64,000 nucleotides of DNA, taken from the NCBI GenBank assembly GCA_004764695.1, contig SMSO01000007.1:1433270-1497269 (forward strand), given 5' to 3'. Source of the stretch: Schizochytrium sp. TIO01. Lineage: Eukaryota; Protista; Bigyra: Labyrinthulomycetes. Positions 34,011 through 47,000 of this stretch are shown here, piece after piece; position 1 is the stretch's first letter; each line of letters starts with the position of its first letter. A program made the translations under genes and the position numbers. The notes under the pieces were generated by a model. It did no database searches and was not told where the DNA came from. It saw only the letters and a program-made list of their open reading frames with translations.

Positions 34011-34876
34011 TTCCTAATCCATATTTTGTGTCTACCCAATCTCGTCGCTCTCAATATACTCTATATATCCCTCAGACTTTCTAAAAGCACTTTTTGCATA
34101 CTCATATGTTATCAGAGGACGACCAGGATGGGCTTGAACAGCTCAGAGTTGTGGTTCCGAGTGTAATAATATTTTTTGTCCACCTCCTCAATTACAAGTA
34201 TTCAACAACAGCAAAACACAAGCAATGGTTGCAGTAGGTAATGCCTTCTGCTTCAAGCTGAAGATGATCCTACCCACGAGTTTTGGCCGCCTCTTCCTCC
34301 CTCTCCTATATTATCACGTTCTCAGAAAACATCATTCCTCGTATCAGCAGGTACCAAGGTAGTTTATATCAAGAGCATTTCCAATGTAGGCAACATTCTC
34401 AGAACGCCTGCTTTTCTTCTGTGGTGTTACCACACATGTTCAGGCTCAAATCCTATAGTTTTAAATAGATACCTCTTAATCGATTTTGGTGCCAATATCA
34501 TTGCCTCCAGATGATTACAGATTCCTTGAATCTTAAAACCTTTAGAGATCGATCAAGCAGCAACAGGTATTAAGCCTACTTTTCCCTTTGCTTTTTGCGT
34601 GCTTCGCTAGCATCATCTCCGCGGGAGTTTGTCCCTGCCATGCGCCCTATTCTCTGCACTGCATGCATTGTATTGCATTATGGCCAAAAAAAACATTGAA
34701 TAATACTGCAAAGAAACTTTTAAAATAGAACACAGAGCTAGATCGATAGAGGTAAAAGTTACTATATGCTTATTATGCCTTTGCAATTTACTGCAAGCTT
34801 GCGATCAAATTCGAAACTTGCAGCGCAACACCAAGCCGCTTATCCGCTCCCAGGCCGGTATTCTCTGTCTCTCACC

Positions 34877-35944
34877 ATGCGTGCCGCCCTCGAAAAGCTC
34901 GTGCGACGCGAGGATCTCTCTGAGGACGAGGCATCCTCTGTCATGGAGACAATCGCTGCTGGTGCCGCTTCAGAGGCCGAGACTGCCGCTTTCCTTGCGC
35001 TCCTCGCTGCCAAGGGAGAGACTGCCTCTGAGGTGACCGCTCTGGCCTCTGTCATGCGTCGTCACGCTGTCAAGGTCTCCCTGGACCCCTCCTCCTCCAA
35101 GATCTTGGATATTGTTGGCACTGGCGGCGATGGCCACAACACCATTAACATCAGCACTTCTGCTGCGCTTGTGGCTGCGTCCTGCGGCGCTCTTGTTGCT
35201 AAGCATGGCAGCAGATCTGTCACGAGTAAGTCTGGCTCCTCAGATGTTCTTCAGCGTCTCGGTATTGCTCTTCTTGGCCCCGAGCACATCGCGAAATGTA
35301 TCTCAGAGGCCGGCATTGCCTTCATGTTTGCACCTAATTTCCATCCCGCTATGAGCCACGTTGTTCCCGTTCGCAAGGCTCTCAAAATTCGCACTGTTTT
35401 CAACATCCTTGGCCCCCTGCTGAACCCTGCTGGTGCTCGGTTTGCCATGCTCGGTGTCTACTCTCCGGACTTGCTCGATGTCTATGCTGAGACTGTCTTC
35501 AATCTGGGTGTTGAGCACGCGCTCATCGTACACTGCTGTGGACTTGACGAACTTGCTGCAGTTGGCGTTGCGGAGGCTCGCGAGGTGACTCGTGAAGGCA
35601 TCACGAAAACCTCTATTGATCCTCAGGCGATGGGAATTGCGAAGTGCACAATTCAGGACCTTGAAGGCGGCGAGCCCGAAGATAACGCCCGCATTATTCG
35701 GGAACTCTTTGCAGGTGGAGAAAAGGCAAAGGGCCCTGTGGCAGATACCATTGCACTTAACGCTGGTGCTGCTTTGTATGTGTATGGCACTTGTTCCTCT
35801 GTGGAGGATGGGTACAAGATGGCACTGGCGAAAATCCAGTCCGGAGATGTGTTGGCTACGCTAGACAAGTTTGCAGAGACATCCACGAGACTTTCAGAGG
35901 AACCTCCAGCGAAGGCTGCCAAAGTTGAGGAGAGTTCAGCATAA
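34877..35944 (+). CDS. trpD: Anthranilate phosphoribosyltransferase
   Basis: DIVGTGGDG, TINISTSAA, AKHGSRSVTSKSGSSDVL, FHPAM, RTVFNILGPLLNPA and GLDE motifs. Likely start is ATG 34877 (ctcaccATG), where the codon bias begins. Confidence 0.97.
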   Translation: MRAALEKLVRREDLSEDEASSVMETIAAGAASEAETAAFLALLAAKGETASEVTALASVMRRHAVKVSLDPSSSKILDIVGTGGDGHNTINISTSAALVAASCGALVAKHGSRSVTSKSGSSDVLQRLGIALLGPEHIAKCISEAGIAFMFAPNFHPAMSHVVPVRKALKIRTVFNILGPLLNPAGARFAMLGVYSPDLLDVYAETVFNLGVEHALIVHCCGLDELAAVGVAEAREVTREGITKTSIDPQAMGIAKCTIQDLEGGEPEDNARIIRELFAGGEKAKGPVADTIALNAGAALYVYGTCSSVEDGYKMALAKIQSGDVLATLDKFAETSTRLSEEPPAKAAKVEESSA

Positions 35945-36615
35945 ATGCTTGACATAACTGCTGGCGTGCTAGCGTGCCGGCTTCATATGTGAGCTGATGG
36001 TAGTTTTGGGCAAGGAGTAAAGAGTCATGACTCTATGTTTCATGATGTTTGGGGCATATATTTCAGGTAGATCCGAACCTTTTTTTAGACTAGATATCGC
36101 GTTGATGCTTTTTTGAGGAAATTGTTCGTTTATAGATTCACGTGTTTTGCCATGAAGACATGACATCAAATTTTTCCACCGTACGGGACTTGTTTACATC
36201 TGGCTGATTACGTTGCATGGAGGTCAGAGACCTCGTCAAGGAATCAAAGGGATGTATATGTGCGTACTATGTGCAGACTGGTTTTTGTTGCTATATGCTT
36301 TCCGTCTGTTAAATGCGTGGTGCATCTCTGTTCTTGCGACACTGAAAAATAAAATTTATCCTCCTCGAACTCAAAAGGAAAGTCTTTTGGCTGCAGGTAC
36401 CAATTACGAGGAAGGGGTGCCCCTCCTGAGACAGTCGCCAGTAGACTACTCCCCTCACCGCCCCACCCCCCCCAAAAAAGATAAAATAATTAATTAAAAA
36501 TAGAAAAGAAGGCAAAGAAGAAATAAAAACTTATTACATTCAGCAAAGGACAAAAGCAAGAGCACATGCTTTTTTATTCAATCATAATATTTAGAAGAAG
36601 AAAAAGAAGAAGAAA

Positions 36616-39034
36616 TTACAACAAATAATTTGGATCCACCGATTGTATTACACCAGAAGTCAACTCGATTTTACATGGTACATTGCCGTTAAGTGGGTTC
36701 TCGAGAACTATAGCCTCCCCAATAAAATGCATATTTTCCCATACCCAGACGTGTTGGCCTTTCTCAAAAGGTGGGTGCATTGCTGAAGCAGAGCTAGCTT
36801 CAAAGCTGCGCACACCCAGAGCCATTGAAATAATTTCTTTCGCCTGGTCAAACGATGGCCGCTTGCGCATGTGTTGATTCCAACAGTCTTCAATTAAACC
36901 TTTGAGAGTGCCTGGAACATACTCATCGATCTCAGGACGGTAACCATCTTGAATGGCATCAATTGTTACTGGAAGCGTCCAGTGATTCGGAAAGGGATCA
37001 TCACTATGCAGAAGCTGCCAGACTGTCATCCCAAAAGAATATATATCAACACTGCTTGAAAGACGGGAGGATGACCACCGTTCAGGGGCCATGAATGCCA
37101 AGCTACCAGGAAGGACCTGGGATACTGAGGTACGATCACCTGCGTTTGCTAACTTCCGCTGCAGACTGTCCAAAGTACATGATGAACCAAAGTCTGCAAT
37201 TTTAACGTTCCAAGCGCTATTGATAAGAATATTTGCAGGCTTGAGATCCATGTGTACGATGTCGTGATTATGCATGAACTGTCCACCCACGCAGACTTGC
37301 TCCATCCACTGAAGCAGTGTGACAATGGTGACTCCGGAACGCTTAAATGCCCCCCGTCGCGCTATGACATCGTCCATACTATATTCGGCAAGCTCCAAGA
37401 CAAGGCGTTGCACTTCATATGTTGGGGAAAGAACAGCACCATAAAGGCGAATGATATTAGGATGTTGGAGCCCTTGTAGGCTACGTATCTCATTAGCCAG
37501 GGCAACCTGTGTAGACTCCTTTGCCATGGGTCCAGTCTTAACATCCTTCACTGCAACTGCAGAGCCTTGGTAGGTGCCTCGATAAATCCTGCCAAAGGCA
37601 CCTTGGCCAATCGCCGGTCCAAGTTGGACAGACTTGGGATTATGTATAATAAAAGCCTCATCAAGTTCTCGAAGTGTGGCATCCTTTGCCCCCCCAGTGT
37701 CCTCAACAGATGTGTCTTCTTCCTCATCTTCTGCCACATCAAAAGGAAGCTTGGATTTGTATACAGAGAGAGACATTCCGAGGAGATTTAGTGTACCCCG
37801 CCTGGTAACAGTCGAGCCTTTTGGTAGTGATTCTTGTAAGTCTTCTGCGGTTTTACTTTTCTGGCGCTTACGACTTGTGACCAAGACGTAGGCAACTCCA
37901 GCAATCACGAATGCAACACCTGCAGAAACAATTGACACAATTGTAGGAGTGCTAAGTGGAGCAGTTGGAGCAGCCGTTGGGGCCCAAGTCCATGATCCAT
38001 TCGTGGGCGAGATGGTTGGTGCAAGAGTTGCTGTAAGGAGAATTTCATCAATCGGGCTCGCAGTAGGTGTTGGTGTTGGACTAAGCGTTAGTTGTGTCAG
38101 GTTCTCAGTATACAGGTCTTCTTCATCAAGCGCATAGATACACAAAAATTGGGCTTTGATTGAGTCATTCAGAATTACTTCTGTGGACCCATCCGTGTCA
38201 GAAGTTTCCCTCTGAGGTAATTTCACTTGAATTCAAAGGGTTTGTGCACGCACTGTCAGTGCTCCACTCAACGCTTGCCGGGCCGCCCATAAAACCCTGA
38301 TACATATCAGGGCAGGTCACGTATGCGTAATAGTCTGTCTCTGTCTCTGGGTCTGTAAGAGGAGTGCATAGTCCACTGCTGTAAAGTATTGGTTCGAGAT
38401 TAACCAGGTCTGGATCAACATAGGCACCTTCAGTACTTGTTCGCAAACTTCTTCTGCGTTGTCGACGACGGCTGTTGAATTGTGTTGTTCTTTTAAACAA
38501 AGTTGGGGGCACGTATACGGATTTGCTTGTTGCATCAGTGAGAGCACTGATGGTAAAATTAAGTTTGGTTATGGTAACTCCGTCGCTATGAACATAACAT
38601 CTCGACATGGAGAGCTCTTCAATTACCGCGTCGGTATACCCTGTTGAGGATAAAGTTGTTGAGTGACCAGAAGCTATAGGCCCAACCTGTGTACTTTTAG
38701 AGCCTGCTTGGATTATACTTGAGCTGTTGCAGTAGGGGTGAGAGTATGTATCAAGCCGTAGGAAAATTGATGACTCCCATGATTTCCACGAACTCAGCCG
38801 CAGCCTTCGAGCAACACCAACAGAATCTGTCCACTGGCAGTATCCACTGCTAAACGCCTCCTGAGAAGGCCCCTGGGCTAGGCGTGGGTCCTCAAGTGAG
38901 CTCGAATTAGAGCACTTTTCTTCTGCCGTAGTGACGTTCCACCTATTGATGGTCACTCTTGCTACGTAGTCGCGCAAAAAGTCATACGAGGCTGCCGAGT
39001 TAGACCCCAGGGCAATTAGGCTCGTCGCATTCAT
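36616..39034 (-). CDS. Single-pass receptor-like TKL kinase (non-RD), split over two frames near 38200
   Basis: ORF 38198..39034 encodes a Cys/Ser/Thr-rich ectodomain. ORF 36616..38226 encodes a PT stalk, TM IVSIVSAGVAFVIAGVAYVLV, and kinase motifs GQGAFG, AVAVK, HMDLKPAN, DFG, APE, DIYSFG. The ORFs overlap and need a +1 frame change. The 5' end is unresolved. Confidence 0.75.
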
Positions 39035-41249
39035 CTGATTGGTAGTGCCAGCCGCGGCAAGAGCTTATGCCGCGGCCAGGCCTGTGTAAATCACACGAGG
39101 CTCCGCCCCGAAGGGCCACTATTTGTGCACTTGCTTTCGTCACCAATTCGCACGTTAAAAACGCAAAGTCCCAAATCAATGCGCGCTTTCGACAAACTAC
39201 CACCAGCACCAATACGAGGCCAAGTCGTTCGTACAGAGAAATATGTAAACTCTCGTAGCAGTAACTTTTGCTGTTGTTTCTTGTAACACTGCACGAGTTT
39301 ATCTTTTGCTCACTCGTGCCTGTCGAAAACAATCGAGTATGTTTTCAAATGCACTCAGGAGAATTCTTGGTTTTCACAAAGGTGTCCCTGGCCTCCCCAA
39401 ATTGCCTTTCAGAGAGCCCTCCCAAGGAAGATCAGCAACCGGTAATCGCCACCAAGGCGGACAATTACCGCGTAAAGTATGTAAACCCCTAAATGCACCA
39501 CACCAATTCGGCGATGTCAGCGCTTCCACAACTTCGTACAACCACAAATCTTTTCGCCTTCCTTTGCTTCCTACACAGACTTTGATCCTCAGCGAGGGTA
39601 GTGCTGTTAGTCGCTTTGCTGAATGAAACTCGTTGCCCGAAGAGCGCTGTCAGATTTCGCAGATTATCCGCCTTCTCTGTAATGGAATCTCCTCTTCTCA
39701 GCTTGAACAAACTAAAAAGAACGGCGAAAGAAACAAAGAACGAATAAAAGAAACCGAGAAAATGGGTTCTCCACTTTATTTCTCTCTTCTCTTTCTTTTA
39801 TTATTCTCTCTGTATGTATGTATATATATATATATAATACACGCGGAAAGAGGGAGCGCGGAGCGTGCGGAAACCACGGAGGCGCGGAAGGCTGCGCTTT
39901 AGCTCGCCGTCGTCGCTGGCCTCTGAGCCTGGACAGGTCGGCTGGTTCTTTCAGCTGCCTGCGCCCTGGCTACCCTTTGACTCCGTTTGCGGCTCTCTCG
40001 GCGGTGGAGCTGGTCGCGAGAGGGGCTGATTGGACGGGATGCTTCAATGGACGGATGACGGTGGATGGACAGATGACTAGACGCCTCTTTGCAAGAACTT
40101 AAGCCGAGCGCCCGACCAAACGTCTCAGGCTCTAGGCCCTGGCAGTAAGCCTTGAGGGCCTCTCCTCTCTCGAGCAGTGGCTGCCAAAGCTCGGGCCCTT
40201 GCTCCACGCCGCCACGATCTCAGTTTGTTCACGAGAACTTTGAAAAAAGCAAAAACCAAAAAGCAAAATCAAAATTCGAAATTCAAAACCAAAACTCAAA
40301 ACATGGAAAACATGAAAACATCATCAAAATCAAACTTTGTTCTTCTTTCTTTTAAAACTTCACTATCTTTATGTCCCTCTTATACCTTGACTAACCACAT
40401 CTATATTAAACTATACCCACACCTGTTTCCACAGCGCGTCGTTAGCCGCACTGTCAAATCTATTAGCTCACAGTAAGGAATTGCTAGTTCTCCCTCTCTC
40501 CTGAAAAGTGTTCTACAAGAACTCCTTTGAATTTCCTCATTCTGGCGATGCAAGATTGCATTGCTTTGAGGCTTGTTTTGATGTGAAGTTCTACTCGGGA
40601 TAGGCAGCTTCAAGGCAATTGCTGTGTTATTTCAATACCTCTTTCTTTTCTGAAGCTCCTTTTCTGCTGTTAGTTCAATGAATGGTCTGTCTTGGTCGAT
40701 AGGAGCAGAGGAAGAAAATATCACGTGCCTTTATTTTTCTTCTTCTCAATTCTTTCTTTCTTGTTTCTTCCGATTCCCTCTTTTCCTTCCTTTTTCAAGT
40801 GTTCTCGCAACCTTTCCAAAGTACATACACTAATTACTTTATTAAAGGAACAAACAAAGGAAAATGCTCTTTTAATTAAAAAGAAATAATATATAATTAA
40901 GGCTATGTAGAGTAACATGAGCACTTTTCTAATTAATATTTTTTCAATTTGTTTAAAAAAGAAAAGAAAAGAAAAGAAAAGAGCAATAATGTAGAACCAT
41001 TCTCCCTCTGTGACAAAAATAAATAGAAAACAAAAAGTTTACTATTTCTATAGTTAAAACAGTATGAGACTAGAAGAAGAATTGGAAAGCTACTTGAATC
41101 AGGACTTCAGTATCGAACTGAAGAAATAGTTTGATCCTCAGGATTCCTTCAACCTTCGTCCTTTTGTTATTATTAACATGTCAAATCCTGCGAGTCTGCT
41201 TCGTCCTTTACGAAGATGAAAAATTAGATTTAGCGAATTGGCAATTGTG

Positions 41250-41991
41250 CACTTAAGTTTGCGTTTGAGGCCCGTTAGCTAGCTTATGTTACAGGCCTTT
41301 GGTCATGCAAGCTTTGAGGGGAAGGGAGCGAGCAACCTGCTGTACCTTCAGCAAGCAGCTAGTATGGAAACTATTATTCTCGTGAAAGGCGTCGCCCTCA
41401 ATTTATTATGTTAACCCTGTCAGAGTGCCTAGTAGAGATGTGAAGGAACAATTATACCCCCCATATTCGACTTGTATCCCTGCTCGCATTGCATCCTCGT
41501 AAAGAGCATGATAAACGGAGAAAGTCGGGAAGTTTTCAAGCTGAGAGAGTAATCTTCACCTTTGAGCAGGCTCAATTAGCTTGCTGCTCCTTATGTTGTC
41601 TTGAGAAGATAGCTCTCGTGAAAACTCTTTGTTGGCAGATTCAATCTTCTTAAATCGAGCATCCAATATCTTCTTGAAGCCCTTGAAGCACTTTCCACAC
41701 CTTCTTGATCTTCACAGAGTAGTTTGAGTTTCTTCTTGCAACGTCAGAATCACTAACGAAATCCGAGGCTTCAGAATTGTCAATATTTGGTACAATCATT
41801 GCGAGGATTCCGTGCGTCGCGGCTCTGCGAGGGACCGGAGACAGACGCGTGCACGTGCCAAGGTCCATGTGCTTAACTACTAAAAACCCATATGGCCTGC
41901 TGGTCATGCTCGCGTTCACTAGCACATCATTGGAGGTCAGCACGCCGCGTGCGCTGGGTGCACAATCAACACTGACACTGTCATGGTCCAA
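41250..41991 (-). pseudogene. Possible decayed coding relic
   Basis: Long protein-like frames with sparse stops and a frame change (..KKILDARFKKIESANKEFSRELSS..QR*RLLSQLENFPTF..). No ATG start or homology recognised. Confidence 0.25.
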
Positions 41992-44755
41992 GAAAACTAT
42001 GATTTAGTGGTTGATTGATTGTCGATCTACTTGTTATTATTATTATTATTTTCTTTTAATGATTTTTTTTTGTTGAAAAATTATAGCATGAGGCCTAATG
42101 CCAAATCTGTGAGAATTACAGAACGCGGTATGTTAATTTGGAACTGGAAAGGAATGCCAGCTTGAGTCAATCGGTTCTATTATCCGCTTGGTTAAGCTCA
42201 AGTCAAATCAATCGCTTAGAACCCAGAGCTCTGATGAATGAATGGCTTTGTATAAACATAAGTATCTGTAATGTTTGCCCATAAGGAAGTTTCGGTATAC
42301 ATTGAGGGCGTCGGACTTGATATTGCAATGCGAGGTTTGTAAAATTGTAAATTCAGAACATCAGATCATGGAAGCTAACGCATAGTAGTCAATGAGAGTG
42401 AACAGAAAAGTTAAGTACTATTCCCTAGGAGGCAAACTCAGACTAGGTCGTTCACCAGAACTAACGCTCTGCTACTACTAGTGATGTTTCTATCGTCTGT
42501 GAGACATTGGGCGAAGGTTGCTCTACTACTGGAGGAGGTAAATGAGGCATCACGTATTAGGGTGTGTGAGAATATATGAACTGTGGGGTTGAATGCACGA
42601 GGTTATTTAGAAGAAATACCTAGCAGCTAGTAAAACTTATTATAAATAAAGTAGATGAATCTAAACATAGAAATGTCTCGATAGCATAGGTAAGCAAGAT
42701 CAAACTGACAGGCGGTGCTTTTGATTGTGATTGTAAAATGTCAAACTGGGAGTTACAGATAACTTCACGGCATCTAAGACTATCCTCACCAAGTTTCTTG
42801 TCTCCAGTTTCAGTTTAGCAGATATCAATTCAAAGACTAAACAAATAAATAAAATCGAAACGAGCTACATCTCCCAAAAAAACAAAAGAAAATAACAACA
42901 TATACATGTTTTAAAAATTAAAAAAACAAGTATTATTATCCATTAAAACAAAAAAAGAACAAAAAAGAACAAGAACTTCTAGGAGTTTCACATTAATTAG
43001 AACTGAAATGAATTTGCGATAACCTAAACAATAATGATAAATAGAAATTGAAGTTTCCATACTTTATATCCTGGTTATTCAAGCTAACAAGTTGGAAATA
43101 TTCAATGACTTTGATGAAACGAGTTGCGAGGAGGAAGTCCTTCCTATATAGATCCCAGACTGGCTCCCTGCGCGTCGACAAGGGCGTCTTTCCTTGCCTC
43201 ATAGTTTCATCTTTAAGCCACAGAAATCGAAGCCTTAACAAGCCAGGAAATCAGATTCAATCATTTCTTTTTTATCTGAAAGGAAAAGGACTTCAAAATA
43301 ATTTCTTGTTTTACTTTTTTTATTTCTTTTTAGAATTGAAAATAGAACATTATGTCGTGTCCACTCAGAAGAAAGAAAGAAAGAAAGAAAGAAGATGGAA
43401 CGAGATTTTCATGAGAACAATCTCGACAAGAAGGACCGAACATCAACGACGAGCACGCGACGCGCGAATCAATCAGCCTCAGCTGGTAACGGCCTGCCCT
43501 AAGTCAACTCAACTTGAACCTTGCGGAGTCAGGCATGAGGTCCTGGTCTACTGTGTTGAGTCAGCAAAGGCGAACGGTAATTTTGTTAGAAGAATGAAGT
43601 TGGATGGTGCGAGTAAGCTCGATAATGAGATTTATATCTCAAGCAAGGACTTAGATGGGTTGCGCATAATCCTACTTTGTGTCCATGCTTCTCGAGGCAG
43701 GCAAAGTAGCGTGCCTATGAATGTTAGGTAAGTTTATTGCGAGGAAAGAATAATGTCAGGGATGCCTTCTTGATAAACGGAAGCAAAACCACTTGTGAAA
43801 ATTAGCAGATTACCTTGTGTCTCAATGCAAACCTGAACCAGAATTCTGGCAAACAGTTCTACAACATAGCACATAAGAGAAACAAAGGAATTGCAATTTC
43901 ATTATTCCACTGTAGGGGCGAAAGACAACTTCGCATACGCCCTGCATTATGCTTATTTGCACTTGTTGATCCATCAGTTCCGCAAGATGTCACCAACGCA
44001 TGTTGGTTTCAACCTCGCCACTTCCCGAGGTACCTTGGAATTGCCCTGGTTTTCATTTTTTAATTTGCGTTTTTGTATATTGCATTGGTCCTGGTCCTCC
44101 TTTATCCATCCGTGAAGCTTCTAAATCAAGAATGAGAGTCTGCGAAGCTATAACAAATAATTTTCACAATCATTTTTGCACAATCATTCCTATGAGAATT
44201 TCCTGATTGTGCAAAACCAGGCCAGGTGATCAACCCCAACCTCGTTCGATTTTTGCCATCATCTTAGCAATAGCCCTGAGCCAATGCATCATATATTTCC
44301 ACGTATAAAACCGGCTGTCTCGGCAAACTGCCCCAAATTGGGGCAAGATTATCCCATTAATATAATGACTGAAAGAGAAAATTCGCATGCTCTTATTCAT
44401 GTTCTTCTTCACCACATCTCTTTTGAAGCAAACAATAGCGTTATACATGTTTGCTTGCCGCTCTCGATTCGTAAAGCACATGTTTCGCAAGCGCAGACTT
44501 GGATGTAACGTCCAATTCGGAGCTGCTTTTGGCCTATTGTACGGTATCTCTATAAGTCACTTACAGCCTTCAACCAAAGTGGAAATAAATCGTAAAAATG
44601 AATAGTATAGGAAATCAGGAATGGAAATAAAAGAACGATCGTTCGAAATGCGATCAATCAATTTCGCAGAAATGGGAATCAAGTTTTGATCGAGCAGATC
44701 TTGATCGAGACCGACCCTTCGTTCTGCCCTCGCTTCGCTGCGGCGGTTCAGAGCC

Positions 44756-46097
44756 ATGTCGCTGCGGCTGACAGCAGCCCTGGCGGCAGCCTTTGCGGCA
44801 GCAGCGGTTCTGGCGGCGATGCGGCGACGGAGCCTGCCTCACGACGGCGTGGGCCGGGAACGGCGCATGCGAAGGGCTGCTGCGCAGCGCGCCGAAGAGG
44901 CCATTCGACGCAGCAAATGGCGACTTCCCCGCGAAGTTATCCTGCTGCGGCATGGCGAATCACTCGGTAACATCCGCGAGAGCACATATCGCGTAATCCC
45001 AGATTGGTCCATCCCTCTCACAGAACAGGGTAGGCTCGAGGCCAAGCACGCCGCCAAGGGCATTGTGGATGTCATTGGAAAACGAAAAGTCGTTATATAT
45101 TACAGCCCATATAGGCGCACCCAGGAGACCCTAGACGCTTTGCTGGGCGAAGGTGGAATTCCTGACGATCAGGTAAGTCTTGAGACGTGATGCATAATGG
45201 GGTCAGGCAAGGTGGCTTGTAGTTTCTGTGAACTTTTGAATGACAGAGTATTGTTTCACAGAAATCATGGCCACCCATAAAAGCTCCGCTTCCTTTAATT
45301 CTTACATTTCTTATGAAATAGGCGCAATAGTGAGCAAATGGGAAGCCTGCGGAGGTATAATGAGTTTGGAAACATTAAACTTGGTTTATGGAAATGTTCG
45401 GGTAGCCTTTTGGGCTTTCCAAGTTGTTCCATCTGGTGTGAAAAGGAAAAGGGGCCTAAGGACTATTGAGATTAACACATTGATGATGACTTTTGGGTGT
45501 CATTATATAATACAGATTGCATTTCTGCAAGAAGAACCAAGGATTCGTGAACAAGACTTTGGCAATTATCAAACGCAAGCAATGGCAGAGATTAAGAAGG
45601 AACGTCTTCGTTTTGGGCGTTTCTTCTATCGCTTTCCGAATGGTGAATCTGGCGCTGATGTGTACGATCGAGTATCTTCTTTCTTTGAAACGTTATTTCG
45701 ACAGTTTAAAAGGAGCCCTATTAGTGATATTGGCGGGGATGAGGATTACGTGCTTTTGATTGTGTCTCATGGTCTTACCATCAGACTCTTTGTCATGAAA
45801 TTCCTCGGCTTTGATGTAAGCTACTTTGAGAAACTACGAAATCCTCGGAATTGCACACCCATTGTTATGCGCAGAAAAGTTGGAACCTTCGTTTACGAGC
45901 TTGAACCCAACTCCTGGAGGAGCATGGGCGTGCTTAATGCTAGTGAGCAATGCATTCCCGTGAATAGCTTTCAATTTCCTGTTCATTATTGTGTTTCAGC
46001 CTCCTTGCACAACTTCAAGCGGGAGCACAAGCGTGCGTTTGCCGACCTTGAATACACTGCCGGGGATGCTGCACAAGATCCACAGCCCAATCAATAA
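44756..46097 (+). CDS. Histidine phosphatase (phosphoglycerate-mutase superfamily, DET1/AT74-like); exons 44756-45172 and 45516-46097, 332 aa
   Basis: LLRHGES, SPYRRTQET, EPRIREQDFGN, FFYRFPNGESGADVYDRVSSF and LIVSHG motifs join in phase 0 across a GTAAGT..TACAG intron; N-terminal hydrophobic anchor. Confidence 0.92.
45173..45515 (+). other. Spliceosomal intron (343 nt)
   Basis: CAG|GTAAGT donor and TACAG| acceptor; splicing restores a contiguous His-phosphatase domain. Confidence 0.85.
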
Positions 46098-47000
46098 GCA
46101 ACTATCCTGTCGAATATGTTCTGTGCTTCCAACCTAGATTTCAACAATAAAATTGAATCCTTTCGTGCAAAAGATATACAATGGCCATGCCTGTATAGCA
46201 AGACCTGGGCCGCTCGGATGGATTGCATATTAAAATTTCTGGTATAGGTTCGACATATCTATTGCTTTGCCGCATGTGTCTCCATATTCTACCGTTCAAT
46301 GACATGAAGCTGCTTTGAAAAATGGGATTTATAACTACGTTCTTATCAACGCTATTTAAAAAGCAATTGTATGGGTTCTGTGCGATAAAGTTCAATTGAG
46401 CAGGCTTCAGGATCTAATCCGTGCTTTAGTTACTAGTATAGTGTGTTCGCAGCAAGTAAGCCCAGCCCTTGCAGTACTTCACTGCAGTCTTAATACCGAT
46501 AATATTCTACTTTTGCGTTTTACGCGTCTTACTCTTATATCAAATGTACAAGGTCACTCTGGGGCACATGGAAACAACAAATAATAAATAATAAAAAATA
46601 ATAAAAATATTGTCATAGTTAAGAGACTTAACCTCCATCATCTAAACTATAATATTGATTGATTGAGCACGCCTCTCTCGTAGAACAAAGGAACACATTA
46701 ACAAATAAGTTAAGAAAACAGTTTTCATTCGTTAATTGTCTAGGCCGCGGTAGAAGGTCAAGTATACCCCTACAATGAACCGATGTATTGTTGCTAAAAT
46801 ATCATTTTATTTGATTTTCATAATTCTCAATAGTTTCATACTTGATTAGCAGTACGATTCTGTTTCTTTCGGTGTTTGTTAATTTTACTTTCGTCTCACA
46901 TTTCGGAGTGCCCAGAATGTGTTCGATCAACCATTAAGATTGTTCTGTGTTACGAAAAGAAACCGTCGACTGCTAAGCAGATGCTCAGGTCAAAGATTAT

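Noticed and set aside
38204-38210. G_GGA_AAC canonical -1 slippery heptamer before the TGA in the kinase gene
   Set aside because: A -1 shift meets TAA within about 10 codons; the kinase requires +1.
43048-43731. 227-aa plus ORF
   Set aside because: Non-ATG start, crosses poly-T and GAAA tracts, no domain.
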